This document shows positions 49,384 through 62,493 of a DNA stretch of 64,000 bases, piece after piece. This DNA comes from Oikopleura dioica (lineage: Eukaryota; Animalia; Chordata). Made by a program: the position numbers and the translations under genes. Under the pieces are notes generated by a model that saw nothing but the letters and a program-made list of their open reading frames with translations, was not told where the DNA came from and searched no databases. Within the stretch, counting starts at the first letter, position 1; every line of letters starts with the position of its first letter. The stretch spans positions 8,308,001 to 8,372,000 of the forward strand of contig OU015566.1 in the NCBI GenBank assembly GCA_907165135.1, written 5' to 3'.

Positions 49384-50130
49384 TCTAAACTGCTAAGTCT
49401 TCATTATTTCTAACATGCTTGATTATTGGTATCATTCGTACTTTTTGATTGGTATGAAGAAAGAATGAATATAAAAGGAAGATGATACTATAAACTGGGC
49501 ATTCTGGTTTCGTAAATATGAAATTTTCGTTTCATAAAAGGTTTTTCTTTTGAACTTCTTGGAACTTTTGAATCTCATCTGGCCAACTCTCAAAAGGCTA
49601 AATTTTCTTATTCAACTTACAAAAAGAAATTGAATTTCTAAACTCAATTGAGAATTTTAGCCGACCTAATCATCCACTACTGACCCCAGTTTATCGCGAA
49701 AAAGAATATATTTTCTCTCTCTATCTCTCAATCTTTTGACTCTGCCTCTGCAAATAAATAAAATCTGTTGGAATCCAGGATACTCAAATGAATCGAGTTC
49801 AAGACAAAATTCTGTCTCCAAATCTCTTTAATTCTCTCTCTCTCTTTGTTTCGGGAAGGTAAGCCTAAGTACTCGTTTTTGTGTATTTCTTCCTCTCTTC
49901 CAACAAAAAATTTATGACGGTGAATCATAACTGGACTAATTTAATAATACAAATCTTAAAATCGACAATCACTAGTAAAGAATCTCTCTGTTTATCGAAA
50001 ATAAATACGAATGAAAAGGAATGGTGGAACTAAAAGCATTTATTGCACACAATCATGACGAAGTATTCTTATCTCGCCGTATTTTTCTCATGACTAGAGA
50101 GAAAGTAGCAAAGTACGTGAGATTTTTTTC

Positions 50131-51239
50131 TTATTTAGACTTTTTCTTTTGGGCAGCAGCTGCTGATTTCGCCTTGGACTCGAGGAAGCCATCGAGGGCC
50201 AGGCCGACAAAGACGAGGACTGAGCCCGACCATTGTTGAGTTGTCAAGCTGTTGCCAAAGAGTACGACGGAGAGGAGAATTGTGAAGAACTTGCGGGTCG
50301 TCGTGACGATAGAGCACAGCAGGGGACCGTAGCCAGTGACGATGGAGAAGATGAAATGCTGGCCAAGGGCGGAGCAGACTCCAAGAGCGGCGAGCCATTT
50401 GAGACAATCGGGATTGCGCTGGACGAAGCCGAAGAAGCCTGAAAATTTTATCAACCCTAGTCTAACCCGAACACTACCGAAGAAAGTGCCGCTAGCGAGA
50501 CTTTGTCCAACAAGAACAATCAACGCGACCAGGTTCAAATTCAACATCATATTAGACTTTGGACTTTGGTAATTTTTCTTCATGTATTCTTGGCAGCTAA
50601 AAATTATTCCGTCAAACCAAGGCCACCCAAAAACTCAAACCTCGCAACGCAGCCGTCCATCGCAAGAGACGCAAGAATCCACAATTCTCCGCTTCCAAGC
50701 TCGCCACTTGCAGCAGATTTTTTCGGGTTGTACAAAAAGGTGACGACTCCAGCGACAATAAGGAAGACGCAGAAGTACTTGGAGAATTTGTAACTCTTCT
50801 GTCGGAGGAGCAGGCACATGATCATTACCGCTACAGGCTTACAGGACTTTCCAAGAACCTGGAAAAGGGAATGATGACAGAGAATAGATGGCTAAAGCTA
50901 CCTGTGTTGGATAATTGACGTGTTTTAGCGCGTAGTTGGAGGAAAGCATGGCAGTGACGTAGCATATCGCACATAAAATGTAAATTATCTTCGGTGTTTT
51001 ATCAGTTTTGTCGCGTTTCGAACCAGACCAAGCGGCAAATACCAAATTCGAAAGCACCATCGTAAAGACCAACTCAGCTTGATACACAAACTAATCACAA
51101 AATGTAAAAAATAACTTGTTATAATAAAAGATACCTTATCATCTTCATAATCGGCCTTGGTAATTTTCTCTTGTGCGATTCCCAACAGTCCGTAAAACGT
51201 TAAAATACCCCCGGCATAGTACAACTTCTCAAATGTCAT
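50131..51239 (-). CDS. SLC35B1: ER nucleotide(-sugar)/ATP transporter SLC35B1
   Basis: GIAQEKI, SNYALKHVNYPTQVLGKSCKPV, LAMDG, GQHFIF..FGPL.CSIVTTTRKFFTILLSV-type motifs; di-lysine end KKKSK*. Confidence 0.95.
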
Positions 51240-51338
51240 TTTGGCTAAATGTTACTCTAAAAAATTTTTCTCTGGTACAATTATTCAAACGCCGAAAATT
51301 GCTCTAGGCCGAAAAATGGGAGAGAGCGTGCGTCAGCA

Positions 51339-51346
51339 TGACGTGG
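51339..51346 (+). promoter_or_regulatory. UPRE-like element TGACGTGG upstream of SLC35B1
   Basis: Exact TGACGTGG 100 bp before the SLC35B1 ATG. Confidence 0.4.
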
Positions 51347-51568
51347 TCAATCAAGGGTGAAAAAGCGCCGCCAAGTGGTAATGGGTTAGTAAATTAGCTG
51401 CGCAAGAATAACCCTAGACTTGTTTTTTTAGAAAAAGAGGAATTTCTGGAAGGAGAATTTTATTGTTTCTGTGAACTGTGAAGAAATATTGCATAAAAAG
51501 AATGACATGGAAAATGATAGGAAGTAGAATTTCGTGTGGTTGAATAAATGGAGCTGAAAAGAATCAAC

Positions 51569-52549
51569 TCAAGAATCGAACAAACGGCGAATGTCAGTCG
51601 GATTAGTCGGAGCTCGACAAAATGGGCAGGTTCGCCGTTGATGCACATGCTGAAGGCAGCATTCTTCGCAGAGAAAGTGGCCGCACTATGAATTTGTTGC
51701 AAAAATGACCTTGTTTCAGACTTACAGGAAGACTGTCCTTGGCTCTGTCGGCTTCGAAGCAAATACGACATTCGGAACTTCTTATTGTATATTCGGAAGC
51801 GTTTCTTTGTGGAGGATTGATCATTTCTTCTTCGTTATTCTTTAAAAATGACTTCTCTACTCCTATTCCGGGCTTTTTACCTCTTTAGATTCTTGTTCCA
51901 TTTGCAAGTTGACAATCCTTGCGTTCAATTCAGATATTTCTTCGAGATATTCTAATAATTGAAAAGAAAATCAATTAAACTTGCAAATTGGCATTACCGC
52001 TTTCGAGATTTTCGACTGTATCTTTGAGTTTTTCTTGCTCTTGTCGTTCGCTTTCCCATTTTTGCTGGAACTCGTTGTCTTTTTCTTTCAGTTTTTCTTC
52101 GAATTCGTGCGTTTTGACGATAAGTTTGGCTTCTGATTCTTGCAATTGGTCTTTCATTTCTTTCACTTGGGCCTCCAGGTCTTTGTGCAACTCTTAAGGC
52201 TGTCATAATCAAAAACGTTTTTTAGTAACTTACGAAAGTATTTCTGTCTTTCTTGGTTCATTTTGGTCCTGTTAGCAGTCAGTTCGGAAAGCGCATTTTG
52301 AAGCTCGCTCGTTCGCCCGTCGCAAATTTGCTTCACTTTTGAAAGATCTTCACTCGCTTGTTTTAATTTGTACTCAAGTAGGGCTGGTCTGTGGCGTCTT
52401 TCGTAACGGACTCGGAGATTTTTGTCGAGCTCTTCCAAGCTACTCATCCAAGCTCGAAGCTCTTCTTTTGGGATTACGTTTTTGTGTTCTCGGCGAAGGG
52501 ATAGGGCGCGACTGACTTTTACCAGATTGAAACTCGGTTGTTTTTGCAT
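51569..52549 (-). CDS. Coiled-coil protein with C-terminal C3HC4 RING (putative E3 ligase)
   Basis: Splicing CCT|GTAAGT..CATAG|TGC gives CRIC..LPCGHFLCEEC..CPFCR; long coiled coil upstream. Confidence 0.8.
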
Positions 52550-52632
52550 GATTATCTATTGACAATAGACTGTTGTCAAAAATGCTTATTCAAACTGTTC
52601 CTAAAAGAAAATTGTTCATGTACAAACTTTCT

Positions 52633-52845
52633 TCATCCCTTGACGCACACGACTGACATGGCTTGAGGCGAGTTTCCAAGATTTTCAACGCTAAAGCATA
52701 CTTTCATATTTCCCAACGAAAATAGGGAAAACGAACCCTTGTATTGTGCTGAAGGAGCGCCAGGAATGGTCGAGTTTTCTGTGAATTCTTCGGCTTTGGT
52801 CTGCAGGTCATCGAATGTTTCGTAGCGATACAGTTCCGTTAACAT
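52633..52845 (-). CDS. Possible small ORF/exon upstream of the RING gene
   Basis: CAG|CAATG start, 70 codons; no family recognised. Confidence 0.25.
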   Translation of the reverse strand: MLTELYRYETFDDLQTKAEEFTENSTIPGAPSAQYKGSFSLFSLGNMKVCFSVENLGNSPQAMSVVCVKG

Positions 52846-53187
52846 TGCTGAAATGAAAGAATCTTAGCTTTTTGATTATAATTGATCGATCATTTTTGTT
52901 TATATTTTTATGAGGAAATCATGCAGTAATTTTATCTGATGAATTTTAATTTATTATTAGAATTAATTCAATCTGCCAATATGGCAATATTCTCAGGAGC
53001 ACAGTTTCAGTGAACGATTTGTTTTTGGTTCCTCTTTATTAAAAATGAATTTGGCAACGTCATTTCTTCAAGGACAGCGGATTGGCTACGCTTCGCTGCC
53101 TCATGGCGACTTTCCACAGCGGCGAAGGGAGGATTTCCAAATATTGCTTTTCGGAATTTAGTGAACTTATGGTGTCTCTATTTTAGA

Positions 53188-54507
53188 ATGGTAGAGGAGG
53201 AAGTTAGAAAGCGGGCGACCGAAAAGGAAAAGAAGCCCGACCAGCCTGAGAAAAAGAGGCGAAAGAAGAAGAGAAAGGAGCTTGTTTATCGAGGTTTTTT
53301 GAAAATTGAAGAAATGGTAAAAAGAGAAATTTTTAACTAGGGCCGGAAACATGGAAGGTTGTGCTGACAATGGCGATTATTGGTGGTGCTTATTGGTTGT
53401 GGGTTAATGTTATCAACAAAGAAATAAAAACACTTGCATCAGTGGCGAACGACGATGTCTACGTATACAAGGAAGTTAAATGCTCACCAGAGCATGCTGA
53501 AAAGCCGCAAGGTAACTTTCAAACAAGCAAAATTTTCACAGTTTTCTTACTTTCTTGTATAGTGAAAAGATGCACTCCAACAAAATGCGGCCGTCTAGTG
53601 CTCGACGGACTTTTGGCTCCTCGTGAAATCGAAGTGCTCAATCGACTTGCGATCGAAGGAACTCAAGCTCTTGGAGGTGGTGCTGGAGGAGCGTCGATCC
53701 TCGAGCTCTCTTCTTCCACCGTCTCCTCGGGTGAAAAATTCCAAAGGTACAGCCTTTCTTCCCCACCGTAATTCAATCATTTTCTAGCCTCTTCCAGCTG
53801 CGCGAAGCATCCGTAAAGAGCGACAACGACAAATTCCGAATCATGGTCGAGCGGCTCTACTCGCGCGACAACCTCGGTGTTTACAACTCTGCCAAAGAAA
53901 AAGTCAAGCAGGCGATTGAAAATGCTTTTGGCTTGGAAAGCGGCGTCCTGTCACTTGCTTCCCCTACCTTTTTCTCGCAGGAATTTGCTCTTAACAATAG
54001 ACTGTTAAATTGATAGGATCAAAAAGCTGGTAACTAACCTTCTGGGACTATAGGTTTTATTAGCAATAAATAAAGTTGTCTCGTGAACCGGCAAAGACGG
54101 AAAACGACGAATATTGGCACTCGCACATTGATTCGAAACAGTATCCGAGTTTTGACTACACTGCCTTGGTGTATCTCAATGATTACGAGTAAGTGACAGG
54201 GCTAAGGCTGAGCCGCTTAGCAATCTTCAAGTTGCGGGTATAATAGAAGTTTTTTAGAAAAGACTTCACCGGCGGTCGTTTTTTCTTCGAGCCATCTGAA
54301 ATCGCCGGTACCGAAGAAGAAGAAGCGGTGGAACCTCGAGCCGGACGCGTGTCTGCCTTTACCTCTGGCGCCGAGAATCCTCACCGAGTAGAACGAGTGG
54401 CAAGCTCTAGAAGACTTGCATTTACAATGGGCTTTACGTGCAATCCTGATTTCGCAATTGCAGATCCTGCTTTACCTCCCCTGCCAGAAGAGTCATTTGA
54501 ATCGTGA
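53188..54507 (+). CDS. OGFOD3: 2-oxoglutarate/Fe-dependent oxygenase domain protein 3
   Basis: TM anchor, CTPTKCGR, GGASILEL, PTFFS, DEYWHSHID, FDYTALVYL, VEPRAGRVSAFTSGAENPHRVE, FTCNPD. Confidence 0.95.
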
Positions 54508-54634
54508 ATAAATATAGTATTTAAGTGTCAGTCGAAGATTAAGGCGAGTCCCTTGTTCGACGTAGCCTTAATTTTTCCATTTAAAAAATGTTACAGCAGT
54601 TTATTGATAGTACGGGTGTGCTGGATAAATAGTG

Positions 54635-55380
54635 TTATTGACCGTGCATTTTCTGGAAGGAATCAAAGGCAAGGTCCCGCAGGTTTTCATGAATGCGTAG
54701 TTTTGCTTCCTTGAAAGTTCGAAAATAAGAATATAAACTGGCACTTCGGAAATTACCTTGAGCCTGATTTTCTCATCGGCGAGAAGAAACTTGTCTTCGA
54801 ATTTTTCAAAGTCTGGTGGAAGCTCGCCCTCGCTGATGTGCGATCTTCAAAACGTAGTAAAAAGTTCGTGGTAGATAAAATAATCGTTACCTCATCTCCC
54901 ACATTTCGAGCTTAGAAGAAAGATATCGTCGCTTTTCGCTGCTTGATAGTGATAAGATGTCTTCCTCGGTGTAATTCGGAAGTCTAAGCTGTGAGAAGAT
55001 TCCTACGAAAAAATATCCTCTCTTGGTTAGACAATAGTAGGACTTACTGACGAGCTCTTCTCGGTGCTTGTTTTTCTTGGCTTTGGTAGTTGTTCGTGCT
55101 TTCGGTGTCTTCGGCTTATTCTTCGGTGGAGAGCGAGTAGTTGTTGCTTTTTCAGTTCTTTATTAATTCAAGATACTTGAGTATCCTGAAGGATTATATT
55201 AGCTAACATTAACGAACTTTTCCTTCATTATTATTGACTTTATTCATTTCGATTGAATCTCTAGCACTCAAGCTTTTTTAAAGTTATCGCACTTTTTTGC
55301 GCAGCTTTTGAAAATTGCTCTTCCGCACCCGGAGAGCAGATGAAAATCTGATTAACAAAAAGTCGGTTGAAATGAAAATA
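54635..55380 (-). CDS. Multi-exon orphan; start not located
   Basis: Four GT-AG-joined exons stay in frame (..TRSPPKNKPKTPK..RLPNYTEEDIL..KEAKLRIHENLRD..HGQ*). Confidence 0.45.
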
Positions 55381-56294
55381 TGGTTTGCTGATTTCTTATC
55401 TAGAAATTATTCCATAATCGGCAATAATAATGAATAAACAATTATTTTCTTGATACTCGGAGAGAACTATAAATTGTCTAATATTTTATTAGGAACCGGA
55501 TTGAAAAGGTCATTTTTGACTTTTATGTCTATTTTCTTTGAAGATTTTTTATTTATAATTTTGACTTGATGCTGCCAGATTATGTTAAAAACCATTGTGA
55601 ATTTAGAGTTTAATGATATAATATTCAAGATCTGCGTTGAATAAATGGCATCTCTGACTAGAGGGTAATAAATTGGCGCGGAATGCTATAAATCGTCTGA
55701 TCAAGACCCTGCCAGCTAGATGATCGCAACTTTTTGGCACCTGATTTATGTGCCAGCACGCGAATATCTAGTGGTCAGATACTTCCTTTTATCTATTCAT
55801 AAAACGCATCAAAAGTTCGAAATACCCGCGGAGCCCGAAACAATAACTGCTCAAGAAAGTTCAATCTTTGAGTTAATATTTTGGAAACATCGAGCTAAAA
55901 ATCTCTTGAAAATATTTCAAAATTATGTTTGTATGCTGAGCAAGGAAAATCTTCCTTACATATCTGAATTTGCTTGCATTGAAAAGCAAATCCAGTATAA
56001 AATTTTCTATAAGCATAATAAAATAAAATTTTGAAATAAAATGATCCATAAATTATTGACCATAAATTATGCGTATCTTACAAATAAACACTTGCAAAAA
56101 TTATCGAGAAAATGTACCATTATTAAATGACCATTATCTCGTTATTGACAATACCTTCAGGAATTTAGGACTTGATAAGATGGCGCTCGGGTCGTATTTT
56201 ACTTAACGACGTAAACTTAAGCAATTAGAGTTCGCAGTTCATCATTCATTAAATCACATTTTTCGAAACAAGATTTATTTTTGAAAAACGAGAA

Positions 56295-57924
56295 ATGGGA
56301 AGAAAAGCTCAGCCCGGATCAATGACAGGATGGGGCTCATGGGGAGATGTCTCGCACCCCGGAGTTTCCATGGTCCTCGCCACTGCTCTCGCCATCGTCT
56401 ACTTTATTCTTGAGATCTACCATGTCAAGGGTGTGCAAAACTCAACTGCCAACCCCAACGATCTTCTTGCTTCTGCCGCTTTTACGTGAGTTGATCGAAT
56501 CCCAGAATTCCTTGAACTAATCCATTACTTAGTCTTACCGCCTGGACCTTCATTCTCATGTTCTTCGGAAACGACTGGCGATTCACCTTCAAACTTCATG
56601 CTCTTCTGGCTTTTGCCGTGACTCTGTCTTTTGCCATTCTCTCAGCCCAGGAAAATGCCGAAGCTGCCACTGTCCAAGCTCTTTCTGTTGCAGCCTGTGT
56701 TCTCGCCTGGTGTGCCGTTGTGTGCCTCACTCACGTTCTCTACGTCTGCTTCTGGAACATGTTAGTATTCCCGTTATATGCATCGAGTTGAACTCATATT
56801 TTTAGGTTCGAGAAGCGATGGGAGAAGAAAGACCGCTCCTGGTTCGCTACTGTCGTCTGCTTTTTCCTCACTGTTCTTGCCTTCATCTTATGGCTCAACT
56901 CTGGCACTGTCAGCATGACTCCACTTATGAGCAACTGGGTCCACGGACTCTTCGTTGCTGGAACTTGGTAACTTTTTCTATGCATCGTGAATAATTAAAA
57001 TATAATTAAGCTTCGCCCTCGTCGCCTGTCTCAGCTATATCTTCGGCCTTATCAAGGACGGTGACCTTCTCGACCTCTACTGTGGAATCGCTTGCCTCGC
57101 CCTCACCATCTTCTGGATCGCTGCTGTTGCAATCACTCCAGACAACATGGGTATGTTGTCGCAAACCAGAAAATTTTGAATTCATGTTTTTTAAGAAAAT
57201 ACTGTCTTTCTCACCGCGATCATCCTCACTGCCTTCAACACAGTCATTTTGGCTTACCTCTCATTTTCTGTTGTCAAGAGGTTCTGGGACCAATCCTGGT
57301 CTGGTCGAATTTTGGTCATCACTGTCGTCCTCGTCGTCATCCAGTACACTCTTGCTATGACTGCAGACCAACCTAACAGCGGCGCGAACCAGGTTACCCC
57401 AGTTGTTACTGTGGCCAACTGGTGGCTCGGAATCCTCTCTGCTGGTTTTGCGTAAGGGAGAATGGACAAGCAGAGTATTAAAAAATAATTAAAGGTGCGC
57501 GATTGCCGCTTGCTTCTTCAGCGTCATCAAGATCCACCTTCCAACTTCTTTGAACTTCAACGCTGCTGCCCTTGGACTCTACGTCGCTTACTTCGTTACT
57601 GAATGCTACAACCGATCTAAGAATAACGCAGTATCAACCAACCTCTACGATTTCAGCCATCGGTAAACAACACAAAAATATCAAGAAACTATCCATTTGT
57701 ATTTTAGAAAGGGAATCGCATCCCTCGCTCTCTGCGCTGGTATCATCGCCCTTCTTCTTGTCTCTCTTATCATCAAGGCTTTGGTCTACAAAGGAAAGAA
57801 CGCTGGAGACACCTCTGAGCCCAAACAGAAATTGAAGATCATCTGCCGATCTTGCTGCTACACTAAGGTCGTCAATGTTGATGATGTTGATGAGACAGGA
57901 ATTCCAGGACCGGCTCGACATTGA
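56295..57924 (+). CDS. ~410-aa 12-TM protein, copy 1 (MARVEL/MYADM-like, tentative)
   Basis: Seven exons, 12 hydrophobic helices, NST sequon in loop 1, CRSCC tail. Confidence 0.8.
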
Positions 57925-58401
57925 CACCATAAAATAATATAAAAATATTTATATTTTATAAATAAATCCATCAAAAATACTTCAGTTTGAGCCCAAAGCA
58001 AGTCGAAATGTCAGTAACTTCCTCGAGTGATTAAGCACGCGATCTTCTAAACCCATTTTAACACATTCTTAATCTCCTTTTGATTACTGTATGATCAGTC
58101 TGTGCGTGTGACAGTGTTAATATAATTCTGTGAAAATCTTAATAAACGAAAATTCAGTAAAAGATCAGCGTTTTCATCAGTGAGGAGTTTTGCAGAAATG
58201 TAGCAAATGAACATTTGAAAAAGTTTACGTTAGAAGATACCATTCAAAGGAATTTAGTACCTAATCAGATGCACGCGGTGGATGGCGCTAGGCTTACCGT
58301 CTTCATTTTACGATGCAGCCTTGATCAATCTGATTTTTCTCAGCATCCGCATTCATCTCATCACATTTTTCTGATCAAGATTAATTTTTGAAAAAAGAGA
58401 A

Positions 58402-60041
58402 ATGGGAAAAGCTCAGCCCGGATCAATGAGAGGATGGGGCTCATGGGGAGACGCCTCACACCCCGGAGTTTCTATGGTCCTCGCCACTGCTCTTGCACTC
58501 GTCTACTTCATTCTCGAGATCTACCATGTCAAGGGTGAGCAAAACTCAACTGCCAACCCCAACGATCTTCTTGCTGCTGCCGCCTTTACGTAAGTTTAAC
58601 ACAAGCCCAATTTTCATAAATCAATGTATAACTTAGTCTCACCGCCTGGACCTTCATCCTTATGTTCTTCGGAAACGACTGGCGATTTACCTTCAAACTT
58701 CATGCATTTATCGCCTTTGCCGTGACTCTCACCTTCGCCATCCTTTCCGCCCAAGAAAATGCAGCATATGCTCAGACGGCTGCTGGTGTTCAGGATCTTT
58801 CTCTTGCAGCCTGCATTCTTGCCTGGTGTGCTGTTGTGTGCCTTACTCACGTTCTCTACGTCTGCTTCTGGAACATGTGAGTGCTTTTTTTGTAAAGTAC
58901 CACTTTTGATTTACATATTTAGGTTCCAAAAACGATGGGAGAAGAAAGACTATGCCTGGTTCGCAACTGTTCTCTGCTTCTTCCTCACTGTTCTTTCCTT
59001 CATCTTGTGGCTCAACTCTGGACCTTTGAGCATGACTCCACTTATGACCAACTGGGTCCATGGGCTCTTCATTGCTGGAACTTGGTAACTTTTTCTTACC
59101 ACCCAAGATATTAATGAAAAATTAAGCTTCGCCCTTGTCGCTTGCATCAGCTATATCTTCGGCCTCATCAATGACGGTGACCTTCTTGACCTTTACTCCG
59201 GAATCGCTTGCCTGGCCCTCACCATCTTCTGGATCGCCGCTGTTGCAATCACTCCAGACAACATGGGTATATTTGACATGAATCAGTTTAAATTTAGCTC
59301 TTTTTTCTTTAAGAAAACACCGTTTTCCTTACTGCAATCATCCTCACCGCCTTCAACACAGTCGTTTTGGCCTACCTCGCATACTCTGTTGCCAAGAAGT
59401 TCTGGGCCCAGTCCTGGTCTGGTCGAATCTTGGTCATCACTGTCATCCTTGTCGTCATTCAGTTCACTCTTGCTATGACTGCAAACCAACCCAACAGCGG
59501 CGCAATTCAGCCAACTCCGGTTGTTACAAGCCAGAACTGGTGGCTCGGTATCCTTTCCGCTGGTTTTCGTAAGGCAAACTCGATAAGAACATAAATAATA
59601 GAAACCTTTAGGTGCGCGATTGCCGCTTGCTTCTTTAGCATCATCAAGACCCACCTTCCAACCTCGTTGAACTTCAACGCTGCTGCCCTTGGACTCTACA
59701 TTGCCTATTTCGTTACCGAGTGCTACAACCGAACTAAGAATAACGCTGCGTCAACCAACCTCTACGACTTCAGCCATCGGTAAATAATTGAGTTTTCTCT
59801 AAAAACTTCAAATTTGTTTTACAGAAAGGGAATCGCCGCCCTCGTTCTCTGCTCTGCTATCATTCTCCTTCTCCTCGTCTCTCTTGTCCTCAAGGCCTTG
59901 ACTTACAAAGGAAAGACCTCTGGAGACACCTCAGAGCCCAAACAAAAACTGAAGATCATCTGCCGATCTTGCTGCTACACTCAGGTCGTCAACGTTGATG
60001 ATGCTGATGAGACCGGAATTCCAGGACCGGCTCGACATTGA
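58402..60041 (+). CDS. ~410-aa 12-TM protein, copy 2
   Basis: Same exon structure and near-identical protein to copy 1; identical C-terminus ETGIPGPARH*. Confidence 0.8.
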
Positions 60042-60839
60042 AATGAAAATAAACGAAAATTTTCTTCGATAAATAAAATTCAAAGTTTGAGCCCAAAACA
60101 AGGCGATGCCTCAGTAACTTCCTCGAGCGCATGAGCAGTTGAACTTCAAGAACCTCATTTTAACACATTCTTAATCTCCAATTGATTACTGTATGATCAG
60201 TCAGTACGCGTGACAGTGTTAATACAATTCTGTGAAAATTTTGATAAATAAATTTTGAACAAAAACAACACCAGTGTTTATGATTTTTATCAGAAATTCC
60301 GCAGAAATGTCAGAAAATAGACAAAGAGTATAAAATTTATGAGCCGGTATTTTGTTGATAGATCGTAATCTTGAGTTCTGGGACCTTTGAAAGGTGCTCA
60401 ATTAATTAAAAATGACTTTATGAGGCTGCTGAGACTTGGAGGAAGTAAATTTGTCTCCGCTATCCATATTCTGAAAATTTATTTTTGCTGGAGATATTTG
60501 GCGAATGATAAGTTATCCGATTCTGCAAATTCTTCTTTTACGCTCTGCTCAATTCAAGGAAGAATACATCATGCCAGTACGTTTCCGTTTTATTTCAATG
60601 ACTAAAGCTGGAATAACGCTCTTTTGAGGAGTAATTCCTCACTGTTGAAGTCTTCACATTTCTATTCGAACCTAAAGGAACTCGTCTTTAGTTTTTCTTA
60701 CGTTACATCATACCCAGCGTGTTGACAAGTGCATTCATATAAAATTGATCTGTCGAACGCTTTATTGAATTCGTAAAATCAAGCTGCCGCGCGTTGAATT
60801 CTTCCTTGCGTCTTTTCGAATAATCAGCTGATAATTTAT

Positions 60840-62400
60840 GATTTGTTAAAGACATGTAATAAGTTGATTTTATCGTCCTGTCGCAAAATTTCGTGCTTAT
60901 ATGACATTTTTATGATAATAAAAGTCTTCCTAAGAAGCTTATTCTGATAAATATTTCGGAAAAAAAGATTTCCGTTTAGGCTCATCCAAATATACGTTTT
61001 TTTTCTTAGGTCAACCAAGTTGAAAGAAAAAGCTGACATATTTCCTGAGTTTGCGAAGTTGATTCCGATGGCGGATTCGTCTTTTCTTCGCTGCTTTCTC
61101 CGCCAATATTTCGCGCTCTTCTTCGTTTGAAATTGAGAGCTGTCGTTTATCAAGCTCTTTCCTACGCTTTTCCCTGAAATTTAATGAGTCTACGAATGTC
61201 TATTCGAAAGAATGCATGAATACTGGAAGAATGTGCGAGCCTATGCAGTACCTAAGAATAAATTGTTCGTTCTCGTATTCAGCTCGGCGGAATTCTTCGA
61301 GTTTACGAGTTCTTTCAACAGCTGAAAGCAATAAAACAAGTCGATATTATTAAACTTCTTTATGAGCGCCGCAGAATGAGCGAAATGAACTCTTGGCGGT
61401 TACCTTCTTTACGGGCACGCCTAATACGGTCGCTTTCAATCGAGATCTTTGACATTTCTTCCACTAACATGGAGTTCTCTACCGCGGACTTTTGTCGTCG
61501 GCGGCTCTCGATTTGAGCTTGTTCTAAAATCGAGATTCGTTCATCATCACGCTTTTTGTTATCGGCGACGGATTTTAGGTAGCCTTTCTTTGGTTCCTTA
61601 CATCGAAAATTTAAGTTCGACTTATTTGTAATGAGCACCAATCCTTGTCTGTATCTGAGTCTCCTCTGATCGGCTTCGAAGTGTTCATCCTTCTTCTTTT
61701 CCCTTCAAAGTCAATACAGTTCTCCCTCAAATTCTAACTCTATTACCAATTCATCTGTCTATCCAAAGCCCTCTGCCTGCCAAACGCATTTCTATCCTCA
61801 TTCTCCAGAAAAGCCGCTACAACGTCTCAAAACAACCGGTTCAGAAGGGATAAAAAATACCTGATAAGCTATTGTACCATGAATCTCTCGACATTTTCTT
61901 TGAAATTTTTAGCGCTAGAAATCTGACTCCAGCTGACGGAATGATTAAAATTGCATTTTCCCAGGGAATTAGAACAATGCATGCAGGATCGGGTTTTCTC
62001 CGCCCATTTTTTATACAAGAAATGAAGACAGACTGGTTTTGGTGGATTCATTTATTTCATATTCTGTAATTATGGGTAACATTTTTACAGGAATTGTATA
62101 GATAAAAGAATAAATCACTTTATAATTTATATTATTAGAGATCAGGAACCAGTGTCATTTTTTCATTTATTTGCGGCATTTTACTCTCGAGTAAATAATA
62201 AGGAAAAGTATCTGCAGAGCTTAAAATATTAATTTTTGTAATTTTAGAATTTCATCCTCTGCTTTGAAAGCATTCTTTCTGCCTTCTTCATCAAGTAATG
62301 GTTCGGTCCTTGGCGCTCGGCCAATCAGGCTCGAGAATTCCGTCCATTCAGCGCTTGGCATGAGTCAAGAAGGATTTCCATTCTCGAAACGCTCTGAATG
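60840..62400 (-). CDS. Charged coiled-coil orphan; structure uncertain
   Basis: E/K/R-rich exons (ERISILEQAQIESRRRQK; RKLEEFRRAEYE; EKAAKKRRIRHR) with GT-AG joins. Confidence 0.35.
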
Positions 62401-62493
62401 AGAAACTCACACTAGAATGGTGCCAATATCGCGCAATCCCTCTTTTACGCACATTTCTCTAAATCTAAGAAATAACTGACTACCAGTCGCATC

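Larger units (their letters stand above)
56150..60340. repeat. Direct tandem duplication, unit ~2.1 kb
   Basis: Start codons 2107 bp apart, stops 2117 bp apart; 5' and 3' flanks also homologous. Confidence 0.92.
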
